Of a DNA stretch of 64,000 bases, positions 33,665 to 43,942 are shown piece by piece. The notes below the pieces were generated by a model that worked only from the letters and a program-made list of their open reading frames with translations, was not told the DNA's origin and searched no databases. Position numbers and translations under genes: made by a program. The first letter of the stretch is position 1, and each line of letters opens with the position of its first letter. The DNA is from an uncultured Acidimicrobiia bacterium (GTDB lineage: Bacteria > Actinomycetota > Acidimicrobiia > Spongiisociales > UBA5794), in NCBI GenBank assembly GCA_963714375.1, contig CAVQOG010000008.1:413171-477170 (forward strand). The letters run 5' to 3'.

Positions 33665-34858
33665 CTATTCAACGACGTAGGTACTGAGCGCCTCTCGAAT
33701 CTCGGCGTAGTGGTCGGCCGAGCGGGTCTCGATGGAAAGCTTGATCTTGACCGTGCCGAATTCAAGGCCGGTGCCCTCTCGATGATGCTCCACGGACAGC
33801 ACGTTTCCTCCGCGGTTCCCCACTTCCGTCAACACCTGCGCCAGATTGCCAGGCTCGTCGGGAACGACAACAGAGAATGATGCAAACCGACCCCGTGTCT
33901 GGAGACCGTGACGGATCATCGAGTCGAGCAGGAGAAGGTCGACGTTTCCACCCGACAGCACCACGACCGTCTTACCCGTGTTCTTCACCGCACTGTTGAG
34001 TATTGCAGCGACTCCCGCGGCCCCGGATGGCTCGACCAGGTACTTCGCCCGCTCGAGGAGCAATGTCACGGACTCCATTATTTGACGGTCGGTGACGGTG
34101 ACAAGTTCATCGACCAGTGCTTCGATGATTTCGAAGCAGATCTGGGACGGTCGCGACACGGCGATTCCGTCGGCAACCGTCGGGTGGCCCTCGATCTGTC
34201 TGGCCACACCAGTGCGTCTGGCCTCAATGTATGTCGGGACTGCCTCGGCGTGGACCCCGATGATGCGTACTTTGGGAAGCAGCGCCTTGATTGCGACGGC
34301 GGAACCTGAGATGAGGCCGCCACCTCCTACCGGGATCACGACGGTCTCCACGTCAGGGACCTGGCGCACGAGCTCGAGTCCCAGGGTTCCCTGACCGGCG
34401 ATGATGTTTCGATCGTCATACGGGTGGATCATGGATGCGCCCGATTCGTCTGCGAATGCAAGCCCTCGATCGGTTGCCTCCGCGAGATCGGCACCGCCGA
34501 GTCTCACGGTTGCGCCATATTCGGCAGTGGCAGAGACTTTGGGAATAGCAGCATTTTCTGGCATGAATACTGTGGAAGTGCTGCCAAGTTCCCGTGCAGC
34601 CAGCGCCACCCCCTGCGCATGGTTGCCGGCAGACGCCGCCACGACACCCATCTCCTTCTGTGCATCCGTGAGCTGGGCGATGGCGTTGAGCGCGCCCCGA
34701 ATCTTGAATGAACCGGTCCGCTGGAGATTCTCGGCCTTGAGCAAGAGGTCGCATCCCGTCAGGCGGGAAAACGACGTCGATGGCAACGTCGGTGTTTCCA
34801 GAACGACTCCACGGATTCGCTCTTCTGCTGCCCTGATTGTGTCAATGGTGATCGGCAT
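33665..34858 (-). CDS. ilvA: Threonine ammonia-lyase with C-terminal ACT domain
   Basis: LKAENLQRTGSFKIRGA PLP motif, ASAGNHAQG, PVGGGGL, SGGN. Start placed at MPITID. Confidence 0.92.
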   Translation of the reverse strand: MPITIDTIRAAEERIRGVVLETPTLPSTSFSRLTGCDLLLKAENLQRTGSFKIRGALNAIAQLTDAQKEMGVVAASAGNHAQGVALAARELGSTSTVFMPENAAIPKVSATAEYGATVRLGGADLAEATDRGLAFADESGASMIHPYDDRNIIAGQGTLGLELVRQVPDVETVVIPVGGGGLISGSAVAIKALLPKVRIIGVHAEAVPTYIEARRTGVARQIEGHPTVADGIAVSRPSQICFEIIEALVDELVTVTDRQIMESVTLLLERAKYLVEPSGAAGVAAILNSAVKNTGKTVVVLSGGNVDLLLLDSMIRHGLQTRGRFASFSVVVPDEPGNLAQVLTEVGNRGGNVLSVEHHREGTGLEFGTVKIKLSIETRSADHYAEIREALSTYVVE

Positions 34859-34908
34859 CAGCAGAACAGTAGACAGATCGGAAGTTGGGTGAGATTCTGT
34901 GATTCTGG

Positions 34909-34967
34909 TTGCCGATTGAGGCAAACGGTCGATATCATCGGTGCTCGCCCCCAAGCGGGGGCTTTTT
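34909..34967 (+). promoter_or_regulatory. Putative rplM promoter followed by a leader hairpin and U-tract
   Basis: TTGCCG-N18-TATCAT (34909-34938), then GCCCCC-aagc-GGGGGC-TTTTT (34947-34967). Confidence 0.5.
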
Positions 34968-34997
34968 CCTGACGTCTTTCTCAAGGGATAGTTGCCC

Positions 34998-35462
34998 GTG
35001 AAGCCAAAGCTCCAAAGAACGTTCTCGCCGAAACCCGGTGACATTTCGCGTTCGTGGTATGTCATCGATGCAGCGGACGTGCCGCTCGGTCGTCTCGCGT
35101 CTGAGGTCGCCCAGATACTCCGTGGTAAGCACAAGCCTACTTATGCGCCCCATGTCGATGGTGGCGACTTCGTAATCGTGGTCAACGCCGACAAGGTTCA
35201 CGTTTCGGGAAACAAGGAGATCGAAAAGATCTATTACCGCCACTCGGGCTACCCGGGTGGTCTGCGCGCTGAGACGTTCTCCCAGGTTCGCAAGGACCAT
35301 CCCGAGCGTCTTGTCGAGGCAGCGATCCGGGGAATGCTGCCCCACAACCGTCTGGGTCGGCAGATATTCCGCAAGCTCAAGGTGTATGCCAGCCCTGACC
35401 ATCCTCACGATGCTCAGATGCCTCAGCCACTCACTCTCAAGTACCGAAAGGTTGATGCCTGA
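34998..35462 (+). CDS. rplM: 50S ribosomal protein L13
   Basis: [37 protein letters not shown]. Confidence 0.98.
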   Translation: MKPKLQRTFSPKPGDISRSWYVIDAADVPLGRLASEVAQILRGKHKPTYAPHVDGGDFVIVVNADKVHVSGNKEIEKIYYRHSGYPGGLRAETFSQVRKDHPERLVEAAIRGMLPHNRLGRQIFRKLKVYASPDHPHDAQMPQPLTLKYRKVDA

Positions 35463-35860
35463 TGGCAAACGCCAAGCCCCTTACACAGTCCACCGGTCGT
35501 CGCAAGCGATCGGTTGCTCGTGTCCGCCTGTACGACGGAACGGGTGAGTACACACTCAACGGGCGAACGCTTGATGACTACTTCCAGGATCCGGCACTTC
35601 GCCGTCGTGTCCACGAGGCATTCAAGATCACAGATCTTGAGGGCCGTTACGACGTCAACGCCACCCTGCATGGTGGCGGTACGACGGGGCAGAGCGATGC
35701 GCTTCGACTGGGGATTGCCCGTGGGCTCATCATCATCGATCCCGAGTTGCGTCCTGCCTTGAAGAAGGAAGGCATGCTCACCCGCGACGACCGCCGTGTC
35801 GAGCCAAAGAAGTACGGTCTTCGCAAAGCACGTCGCGCACCTCAGTTCACCAAGCGGTAG
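35462..35860 (+). CDS. rpsI: 30S ribosomal protein S9
   Basis: TGRRKRSVARV, GGGTTGQ, KKYGLRKARRAPQFTKR. Confidence 0.98.
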   Translation: MANAKPLTQSTGRRKRSVARVRLYDGTGEYTLNGRTLDDYFQDPALRRRVHEAFKITDLEGRYDVNATLHGGGTTGQSDALRLGIARGLIIIDPELRPALKKEGMLTRDDRRVEPKKYGLRKARRAPQFTKR

Positions 35861-35897
35861 ATTGCCTTCGGGTTCTCGCCCGGAGGGATCGCACAGC

Positions 35898-37220
35898 ATG
35901 GAAGACACAAACCCACGCCTGTTCGGAACGGACGGTGTTCGTGGGGTCGCAAACTCAGATCTCACAGCCGACCTGGCGCTGAACCTTGCACGCGCTGCGG
36001 GCTCGACGATTGACGGGCATGTCGTGATCGGACGTGATACCCGTCGATCCGGCCCGATGCTCAGCTCTGCTGTAGCTGCTGGCTTCAACTCGGTTGGCGT
36101 GGACACCGTCGATCTCGGGATCATCCCTGTCGGTGGTGTTAGTCGCCTGGCGCGCGATACAGGTGCCGCTCTCGGCGTGATGGTCTCTGCCTCTCACAAT
36201 CCAGCCGAGGACAATGGCATCAAGTTCTTCGGCAAGGACGGTTCGAAGCTCTCGGACGATCTGGAAGCAGCAATCGAAGCCAGATACATCAGTTCAGAGG
36301 TGTATTCACGGCCCTTGGGGTCCAACGTCGGGCTACAGACGCAGATGACCGATTCCGTGCCCCGCTATGTCGACAAGATCTCTCAGACGGTTGAGTACTC
36401 GATGCGTGGCCTTGAGTTCGTCGTGGATTGTGCCAATGGAGCCGCCTTCTCAGCGGCACCTGCATTGTTCAACAAGGTCGGTGCATCGATCGAGATCATC
36501 GCCGATACACCCGACGGAATGAACATCAACGACGGAGTCGGGGCGACACACCCCGAAGCGGTAGCCGCTGTTGCAAATGGCAGGGTCGCCTTCGCATTCG
36601 ATGGCGATGCTGACCGGCTGATCGCTGTCGATGAGACCGGTGCAGTGTGCGATGGCGACGTCATCATGGCGATATTCGCAAAGTGGCAGCATGAGCGGGG
36701 GAAGCTGAAGCACGACACGGTTGTCGCGACAGTGATGTCCAATCTTGGTTTTCACCACGCAATGGAGCTACTCGGGATAAAGGTGGTCGTCACCCCCGTT
36801 GGGGATCGGTATGTGGTCGAGGCGATGCGCAAGACCCAGGCGATCGTGGGCGGGGAACAATCGGGCCACATCCTTCTTGAGGATCGTTGTACCGGGGACG
36901 GACTCCGCACGGCACTGAGGCTCATGGAAGTCCTGGCAGCAACGGGCCAACCGCTCTGTGAGCTGCGGAAGGTCATGACGGAACTGCCACAGGTATTGCT
37001 GAATGTTCGTGTTGGCTCCAAGGATGGCTGGGAATCAGATCCTGAGATCGCTACGTCTGTGAAACTTGCCGAGCGGGCCCTCGGTCCACGAGGCCGGGTT
37101 CTTGTTCGCGCATCGGGAACAGAGCCACTGATTCGGGTGATGGTGGAAGCACCAAGTGCTGGCGAAGCGACCACGGTCGCAGAATCGATCGTTGACGTTG
37201 TCAAGGACCGTCTCACCTGA
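35898..37220 (+). CDS. glmM: Phosphoglucosamine mutase
   Basis: LFGTDGVRG, SASHNP, DGDADR, GGEQSGH, RASGTEP. Confidence 0.96.
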   Translation: MEDTNPRLFGTDGVRGVANSDLTADLALNLARAAGSTIDGHVVIGRDTRRSGPMLSSAVAAGFNSVGVDTVDLGIIPVGGVSRLARDTGAALGVMVSASHNPAEDNGIKFFGKDGSKLSDDLEAAIEARYISSEVYSRPLGSNVGLQTQMTDSVPRYVDKISQTVEYSMRGLEFVVDCANGAAFSAAPALFNKVGASIEIIADTPDGMNINDGVGATHPEAVAAVANGRVAFAFDGDADRLIAVDETGAVCDGDVIMAIFAKWQHERGKLKHDTVVATVMSNLGFHHAMELLGIKVVVTPVGDRYVVEAMRKTQAIVGGEQSGHILLEDRCTGDGLRTALRLMEVLAATGQPLCELRKVMTELPQVLLNVRVGSKDGWESDPEIATSVKLAERALGPRGRVLVRASGTEPLIRVMVEAPSAGEATTVAESIVDVVKDRLT

Positions 37221-37300
37221 CACTCGCACGGGATTCCTGGCGGACGCCAAAATGGACCCTATGCTTTGTTCACAATCGAATATGACGCGGAGATGCACAA

Positions 37301-37447
37301 CTGTTCAGCGCCCGCCCTTGGCATAGCCAAGGCGACGAGGAAGAGGGAGTATCGAATCGTTCGGCGGATGCCCTCTCGGCCATTCACGGTCGTAACGGTC
37401 TGGACGAAATCCGGGGAGTGATCTCCGGGACAGAACCCAGTCCGGTG
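37301..37447 (+). ncRNA. glmS riboswitch-ribozyme (GlcN6P-activated self-cleaving RNA)
   Basis: AGCGCC cleavage motif (A37307/G37308), P1 CCTTGGC/GCCAAGG, GACGAGG, ATCGA...TCGGCGGATG, P2 AGAGGG/CCCTCT and a P4 arm with GTGA loop. Lies directly upstream of glmS. Confidence 0.93.
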
Positions 37448-37518
37448 TGAAGGCGTGAACCTCCCGGTTCACGTTGTCGCCGTATCTCTGTCTCACCGAC
37501 AAAAGGAGATCGCGCGCG

Positions 37519-39342
37519 ATGTGTGGAATCATGGGATACGTCGGGTCGCAGGAAGCTGGCCCGATTCTTGTCGATGGACTCCGAAGACTTGAGTATCGCG
37601 GGTACGACTCGGCTGGAATTGCCGTAACCAATGGGTCAATCAACGTGCGTAAGGCGCAGGGGAAGATAGCGAACCTTGATGCCTTGCTCGAGTCGGATCC
37701 ACTTGCTGGAACAATTGGCATCGGGCATACCCGCTGGGCAACCCACGGTGCTCCCACGGATGCCAACGCACATCCACACACGGACCCCTCTGGTGACTTC
37801 GTCGTGGTCCACAACGGGATCATCGAGAATTTCCAATCGCTGAGGGCCGAGTTGGCCTCTGGAGGATCCGAATTCGTCAGTGAGACGGATTCCGAGATCC
37901 TCGCTCACCTTGTTGCGCGCGAATACGACGGGAATCTTGCCGATGCCGTGCGTAGAACAGTGGCGCTGTCTGAGGGTGCCTATGCCATGGTTGCGATGTC
38001 GCGTCACGAGCCGCGCACAATCGTGGCTGTCCGAAAGATCAGTCCGCTCGTTGTCGGCATCGGGGTTGGAGAAATGTTTCTTGCATCCGATATCCCTGCT
38101 GTTCTCCATCGCACCCGAGACTTCCTGATCATCGAGGACGACGAGATGGTCATCGTGACCGAGGACGGCGCTGTGATAGAGACGATCGCAGGTGACACTG
38201 TCGAACGCGACATGGTCCACATCGACTGGGACGCTGAACAGGCAGAAAAGGGTGGCTATGACACCTTCATGCTCAAGGAGATCCATGAGCAACCGGCGGT
38301 GATTGCCGAAACCCTCGCAAGCCGCCTTGACCAAGACGGTGCAGTGTGGCTCGAAGACGTGGGATTCGACGACGAATACGTCGCGGCGATTGATCGAGTC
38401 TGGATCACCGCCTGCGGCACCGCGTTTCACGCAGGTCTTATCGGTCAGGAAATCTTCCGGAGGGTCCTCAGGCTGCCAGCCAACGTCGAGTATGCCCATG
38501 AGCTTCGGTACGCCGACCCCATCATTGGCGTGAATGATTTGACGATCGCTATTTCGCAGTCAGGTGAGACCGCAGACACCCTTGCTGCCGCGCGGTTGGC
38601 CGTGGACTCGGGTTCACGGATGCTTGCGATAACGAATGTCGTTGGGTCCACCCTGTCGCGGTATGCAGACGACGTTCTTTACACGAGGGCCGGGCCAGAG
38701 ATATCGGTCGCATCAACCAAGGCCTACATGGCGATGTTGATCGCCCAATATCTGCTCGCGCTCCGACTCGGGGCAGCCAGAGGAACCGTCGATGCCGAGC
38801 TCGCAGGACGGGTTGCCCATGGGCTTCACCTCCTGCCTGCTGCGATCGAAGTAGTCCTTGAGCGCGAGGGCCCTGTGATAGCCGCAGCAGAGTCCATAGT
38901 TGATGCGGATGACGTCTACTTCATCGGGAGAGGGCTCGACTATGCAATAGCCATGGAAGGGTCGCTCAAACTCAAAGAGCTGTCGTATCTCCACTCCGAG
39001 GCAATGCCTGCCGGTGAGCTGAAGCACGGAACGCTTGCACTGGTCACGGACGGGGTACCTGTTGTTGTTCTGCTTACGCAGCGTGCCGTGTACGACAAGG
39101 TGATCTCAGCCGTTCAGGAGGTCAAGGCGCGTGGTGGTCGGATCATTGCCGTGGCCTATGACAGTGACACGGAAATCGCGGAACATGCAGACATCGTTCT
39201 CCGGATTCCGGATATGGAGGATCTCCTCGCACCGGTCGCGGCCGTTGTCCCGTTGCAACTCCTTGCCTATCACGTTGCGAGGCTCCGTGGTCATGACATC
39301 GACCAACCCAGGAACCTGGCAAAGAGCGTGACGGTCGAATAG
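37519..39342 (+). CDS. glmS: Glutamine--fructose-6-phosphate aminotransferase
   Basis: MCGI N-terminus, EYRGYDSAG, GHTRWATHG, PRNLAKSVTVE. Confidence 0.98.
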   Translation: MCGIMGYVGSQEAGPILVDGLRRLEYRGYDSAGIAVTNGSINVRKAQGKIANLDALLESDPLAGTIGIGHTRWATHGAPTDANAHPHTDPSGDFVVVHNGIIENFQSLRAELASGGSEFVSETDSEILAHLVAREYDGNLADAVRRTVALSEGAYAMVAMSRHEPRTIVAVRKISPLVVGIGVGEMFLASDIPAVLHRTRDFLIIEDDEMVIVTEDGAVIETIAGDTVERDMVHIDWDAEQAEKGGYDTFMLKEIHEQPAVIAETLASRLDQDGAVWLEDVGFDDEYVAAIDRVWITACGTAFHAGLIGQEIFRRVLRLPANVEYAHELRYADPIIGVNDLTIAISQSGETADTLAAARLAVDSGSRMLAITNVVGSTLSRYADDVLYTRAGPEISVASTKAYMAMLIAQYLLALRLGAARGTVDAELAGRVAHGLHLLPAAIEVVLEREGPVIAAAESIVDADDVYFIGRGLDYAIAMEGSLKLKELSYLHSEAMPAGELKHGTLALVTDGVPVVVLLTQRAVYDKVISAVQEVKARGGRIIAVAYDSDTEIAEHADIVLRIPDMEDLLAPVAAVVPLQLLAYHVARLRGHDIDQPRNLAKSVTVE

Positions 39343-39388
39343 GCCAACTCTGGCGGTGCGCGATCGGCGTGTCGCTACGCTCACATGT

Positions 39389-39781
39389 ATGGAAATAGTG
39401 GGGCTTGGAGTTGACCTAGCTGAGGTGTCGCGGGTGCGGCATTTGCTGGCCCGTGACTCTGAACGGTTCAGGCGACGATGCTTCACCGACGAAGAATGGG
39501 CATACGGGCAGCGCTTCAGCGATCCTTCCGAACGACTCGCTGCGCGGTTTGCGGGCAAAGAAGCGGTGATGAAATCCATGTTCACCGGGTGGCGCCGTGT
39601 TCCCTGGACCGACGTCGAGATCACAGGGGGTGGGCCGCCAAGAGTCAACGTCTATCGAAAAGCCGCGCAGCGAGCGCAGATGCTCGGGATTACCGGCTTC
39701 AAGATCACGATCACCCACACCGGAAACACGGCACTCGTGTTTGTCGTGTCCGTCGGTGCTCACAAGGACGGACAGACGTGA
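39389..39781 (+). CDS. acpS: Holo-ACP synthase
   Basis: GLGVDLAE, AARFAGKEAVMKS, ITITH. Confidence 0.9.
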   Translation: MEIVGLGVDLAEVSRVRHLLARDSERFRRRCFTDEEWAYGQRFSDPSERLAARFAGKEAVMKSMFTGWRRVPWTDVEITGGGPPRVNVYRKAAQRAQMLGITGFKITITHTGNTALVFVVSVGAHKDGQT

Positions 39782-41205
39782 AGCCGATCCTGTCGGTCTC
39801 TGAAATGCGACGAGTCGACGCCAAAGCGAGCGCCGATGTTGACCTGTTGATGGATGCGGCAGGCTTTGCGGTGGCGCTCGCAGCCGTCGATCTTGGTGCT
39901 GGATACGGCACGACCATCGACATCCTGTGTGGCAAGGGAAACAACGGTGGAGACGGGTATGTTGCCGCCACCTACCTTTCCCAGCGAGGAGCGGCCGTTC
40001 GCGCCCACTCAGTCGGCGATCCCAGTCCCGGTACGCCAGCGCACCGGGCGATGTGTCGCGCTCAGCGTGCTGGAGTCCAGATCGCACCACTTCGTCCTCC
40101 AAAGCCCACTGACCTTGTGATCGACGCTGTTGTTGGAACGGGATTTCAAGGTGAGCTTGCAGCAGAGGTCTCGAAGTGGATTGGATTTGGCACCGCTGTC
40201 GTTGCCGTCGATATCCCGTCCGGCCTCAACGGTGACACTGGAGTCGTATCCGGTGCCGTTTTCGATGCGGACATCACGGTTGCGTTCCACGCGCTCAAAC
40301 CGGGTCATGTCCTTGGCAAGGGTCCAGACGTGTGCGGTGAAGTCCGCGTCATTGATATCGGGTTGTCGGGCGGTATCACGGACATGATGCTGATGGATGA
40401 CAGCGATGTCTTCATCCCGAGGCGTGGTCGGACTGCTCACAAGTGGTCATCGGGTGCCGTAGCGACCATTGGCGGAATGCCGGGACTGACGGGCGCCGCG
40501 CTCCTGGCTGCCCAAGCTGCGCTTGCCGCTGGTGCCGGTGTCTCAAATCTCGTTGCCCAGCCCTCCACTGCCCGGATCTATACCGCCGCAGTTCCTGACA
40601 TCCCATCGATGGTCGTCGAAGGGATCGAATCCCATGCGGATGCGTCCTCGCTCGTCGAGCGGCTTGCCCGGTTCGATACCATCATCGTCGGGCCCGGACT
40701 CGAACCTGCGTCGCGACCATTCATCGAGGGGCTCGTTGATGCATTCGACGGAGTGCTCATTCTTGACGCCGGTGCCCTCAATGCCCTCTCATCGCCGGAG
40801 TCCCTTGCTGGTCGTTCGGCCACCACCGTTCTGACGCCCCACGCCGGGGAATTCACCCGATTGACGGGAGAGCAGCCCGGAGTCGAATCCGCCAGACACC
40901 TGGCCGAGGTCACCGGTGCGGTGGTCGTCCTCAAAGGCAACCCGACGCTGGTGGTCGCAGATCGGGTCATTGTGATCAACTCGGGGGGGCCAGAACTCGC
41001 GACCATCGGGAGTGGGGACGTGCTCGCTGGGATTATCGGTGCGTTCGTGGCAACGAGTCCAGATCCTGTGACCGCGGTGGCTTCGGCGGTGCACCTCCAT
41101 GGCGTGGCTGGATCGATTTCGGCTGATCTTGGAACCGTGACTGCATCCGAACTGCTGACGGCGATCGGGCCAACCGTCGCAGCCTTCTCAGCACTAGCCG
41201 AGTAG
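39778..41205 (+). CDS. nnr: Bifunctional NAD(P)H-hydrate epimerase/dehydratase
   Basis: CGKGNNGGDG, VDIPSG, VGPGL, TPHAGEF, GSGDVLAG. Confidence 0.93.
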   Translation: MKPILSVSEMRRVDAKASADVDLLMDAAGFAVALAAVDLGAGYGTTIDILCGKGNNGGDGYVAATYLSQRGAAVRAHSVGDPSPGTPAHRAMCRAQRAGVQIAPLRPPKPTDLVIDAVVGTGFQGELAAEVSKWIGFGTAVVAVDIPSGLNGDTGVVSGAVFDADITVAFHALKPGHVLGKGPDVCGEVRVIDIGLSGGITDMMLMDDSDVFIPRRGRTAHKWSSGAVATIGGMPGLTGAALLAAQAALAAGAGVSNLVAQPSTARIYTAAVPDIPSMVVEGIESHADASSLVERLARFDTIIVGPGLEPASRPFIEGLVDAFDGVLILDAGALNALSSPESLAGRSATTVLTPHAGEFTRLTGEQPGVESARHLAEVTGAVVVLKGNPTLVVADRVIVINSGGPELATIGSGDVLAGIIGAFVATSPDPVTAVASAVHLHGVAGSISADLGTVTASELLTAIGPTVAAFSALAE

Positions 41206-41257
41206 TCCGAAATCCGTGGGCCGACTACCGTTGCGATGTTCCCGAGACCGGAGATTC

Positions 41258-42394
41258 ATGCGCCCCTCGTGGATCGAGATCGATCTCGATGCAATCGAAC
41301 ACAATGCCAGGCAGATCACAGCGCACATTGCACCAGCGCAGTTGTGTGCGGTTATCAAGGCGGATGCCTACGGGCATGGAGATGTTCCTGCTGCTGAGGC
41401 GGCCACACGTGGAGGAGCAGCAATGCTCGCCGTGGCCCTTGTCGAGGAAGGTGTACGGCTACGCGAAGCCGATGTCGACGATTCCATCGTGGTCCTTTCA
41501 GAGCCTCGACTTGCGGATACCGCAGCGATCGTCACGCATTCACTCACCCCCACGGCGTACCGCATGGAATTCGTTGAACGACTTGCTCACGAAGCCGAAG
41601 CTGTCGGGAATATCCCCTATCCGGTCCATCTCAAGGTGGACACCGGCATGCACAGGGTCGGTGCTCCTATTCCCGCTGCCTTGGCCATGGCAAGGATGAT
41701 TCACGCCGATCCGCGTCTCGAGCTGACCGGAATCTACACCCACTTCCCGGTGGCCGATGAGGACCACGAATTCACATTGCGCCAGAATGCTGAGTTCGGA
41801 GGCTTTCTCGACACGTTGGCAGCAGAAGGCATTGAGCCAAAACTCATCCACGCCGCGAATACAGCAGCGGCATTCGACCTCCCGGACACCCGCCACGCGA
41901 TGTGTCGTGTTGGGCTTGGGCTGTATGGGATGCGACCGACGCTTGAAAGTGGACCAGACCTTGACCTGCGTCCGGCCATGCGCGTGGTGAGCCACGTTGC
42001 CTACGTGCGTGAACTGTCGGCCGGCGCTCGTCCGTCTTACGGCCGTATCAAGGAACTCGGTGCGGACGGTAACGTCGCGATTGTGCCGATCGGGTACGCA
42101 GACGGTGTCCCACGAAGTCTGAGCCAGACCGGCGCCGTCCTCATTGGTGGGAAGCGATATCCCTATGCCGGAACAGTCACCATGGACATGGTGATCGTCG
42201 ACGTGGGCACAGACCCGATCCAGCGTGGTGATGAAGTTGTTCTGCTCGGCGCCCAAGGTGATGATGCGATCAGGGCGGAAGAATGGGCGCAACTCCTCGG
42301 CACAATCAACTACGAGATTGTCTGCCATTTTGGTCCGAGACTTCCGCGGAGATACATTCCTCGGGCACCCGGTGGGGAGCCGTCAAGTGGATAA
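41258..42394 (+). CDS. alr: Alanine racemase
   Basis: AVIKADAYGHG, HLKVDTGMHRVG, PIGYADG, GTVTMD. Confidence 0.97.
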   Translation: MRPSWIEIDLDAIEHNARQITAHIAPAQLCAVIKADAYGHGDVPAAEAATRGGAAMLAVALVEEGVRLREADVDDSIVVLSEPRLADTAAIVTHSLTPTAYRMEFVERLAHEAEAVGNIPYPVHLKVDTGMHRVGAPIPAALAMARMIHADPRLELTGIYTHFPVADEDHEFTLRQNAEFGGFLDTLAAEGIEPKLIHAANTAAAFDLPDTRHAMCRVGLGLYGMRPTLESGPDLDLRPAMRVVSHVAYVRELSAGARPSYGRIKELGADGNVAIVPIGYADGVPRSLSQTGAVLIGGKRYPYAGTVTMDMVIVDVGTDPIQRGDEVVLLGAQGDDAIRAEEWAQLLGTINYEIVCHFGPRLPRRYIPRAPGGEPSSG

Positions 42395-43274
42395 CACAAC
42401 GATCACCCTGGTTCCCGGTGTTGAGGTTGGCCACCGGACGAATACAGCTGCCATGACCGGCGTAACCGTCATCACTGTTCCGGCACCGAACGTCGCCGTT
42501 GTCGATGTACGCGGTGGGGGTCCAGGAACAAGAGAAACCGGAGTGCTTGGAGATGCCATCAAGCCAGTTTCCGTAGATGCCATTGTCTTTTCTGGGGGGT
42601 CTGCGTTCGGGCTTGGTTCAGCAGACGGAGTCATGGCGGAACTCGAATTGCTCGGGAGGGGTGTTCCGACACCAGCTGGCAACGTCCCGATTGTTCCAGC
42701 AGCCATCATCTTTGATCTCGCGGTTGGCGACGGCACCGTCCGTCCGACCGCTGAAGATGGTGCAGCCGCATTTCGTGCGCGGTCCACTGAACCTGTACCG
42801 ATGGGTTCAGTCGGCGCGGGGACCGGTGCGACGATCAACAAATGGGCTGGCTTGGCCGGCATCAAGAAATCGGGAATCGGCACGTTCGCGATGGATATCG
42901 GAGGGTCAGCGGTCGGAGCGCTGGTTGTGCTCAACGCGGTCGGGACGCTGGTTGATGGTGAGTTGTACGACCGCGACAACCCATCGACTGGCCTGGCGTC
43001 AGCGTTTGCCCTTGACGTTGCTCAGAACACGACGCTGATGTGCGTCGTTACCGATGCCGGGATCAGCGATCGAAACGAACTTCGAAGGATCGCGATCCGG
43101 GCGCATGACGCTCTCGGTGCAACAGTCGTTCCAGCCCACACACGCTACGACGGAGACACAGCGTTCGTCATTTCAACAGGAACGGATACACCCCAAGGTG
43201 ACGTCGACATCGTGGCTGAAGCCGCTTTTCGTTGTGTTGCTGAGTCGATCAGGTTGGCAGTGGAGCACGCATGA
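42387..43274 (+). CDS. P1 family (S58, DmpA-like) peptidase
   Basis: GVEVGH, DVRGGGPGTRET, GGSAFGL, VGAGTGA, DGDT. Confidence 0.88.
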   Translation: MDNTTITLVPGVEVGHRTNTAAMTGVTVITVPAPNVAVVDVRGGGPGTRETGVLGDAIKPVSVDAIVFSGGSAFGLGSADGVMAELELLGRGVPTPAGNVPIVPAAIIFDLAVGDGTVRPTAEDGAAAFRARSTEPVPMGSVGAGTGATINKWAGLAGIKKSGIGTFAMDIGGSAVGALVVLNAVGTLVDGELYDRDNPSTGLASAFALDVAQNTTLMCVVTDAGISDRNELRRIAIRAHDALGATVVPAHTRYDGDTAFVISTGTDTPQGDVDIVAEAAFRCVAESIRLAVEHA

Positions 43275-43942
43275 CCACTGACCTTGGACATGTGGGAACC
43301 CTTGAAGAACTCGAAGCTATGGCGTCTGTGTGCACCGATTGCGTGCTTTCCGAGACGCGGACCACTGTGGTCTTCGCGTCAGGAACGCAGCAGGCGCAGG
43401 TCATGGTGGTCGGTGAGGGGCCGGGACAGCAGGAGGACGAGCAGGGGGTGCCATTTGTGGGCCGATCCGGTCAGCTCTTGATGAAGTTGCTTTCGGAGGC
43501 CGGCATAGAGCGGGATGACGTTTACATAGCGAACGTCGTCAAGTGTCGCCCACCACGCAATCGGGATCCCAGGCAGGACGAGATTGATGCCTGCAAGCCG
43601 TATCTCAGGCGTCAGATCGAACTGGTGGATCCGAGGGTTGTGGTCACGCTTGGAAACTTCTCCTCCAAACTCCTGATGCCGACGACGATGGGTATCACCA
43701 AGCTTCGCGGACAGGCATATGAATGGTGGGATCGCTACCTGGTTCCGACTTTCCATCCTGCAGCCGCGCTGCGCGGCGGCGAAACAGTGACTGACGACAT
43801 TCGATCTGATGTTGCGCTCGTGCGGTCGTTGCTCGACGGTAGGCTCGCTACCAACACCGAGGACACTGCGGTAGCTGGAGATGGCGGTGCCAAGGACCCC
43901 GAGGATGAGCAGCTCGATCTGTTCGGAGCAACACCGCGATGA
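43271..43942 (+). CDS. Family 4 uracil-DNA glycosylase (Fe-S)
   Basis: CTDCVL, VGEGPG, PFVGRSG, NVVKCRPP, FHPAA. Confidence 0.92.
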   Translation: MTTDLGHVGTLEELEAMASVCTDCVLSETRTTVVFASGTQQAQVMVVGEGPGQQEDEQGVPFVGRSGQLLMKLLSEAGIERDDVYIANVVKCRPPRNRDPRQDEIDACKPYLRRQIELVDPRVVVTLGNFSSKLLMPTTMGITKLRGQAYEWWDRYLVPTFHPAAALRGGETVTDDIRSDVALVRSLLDGRLATNTEDTAVAGDGGAKDPEDEQLDLFGATPR

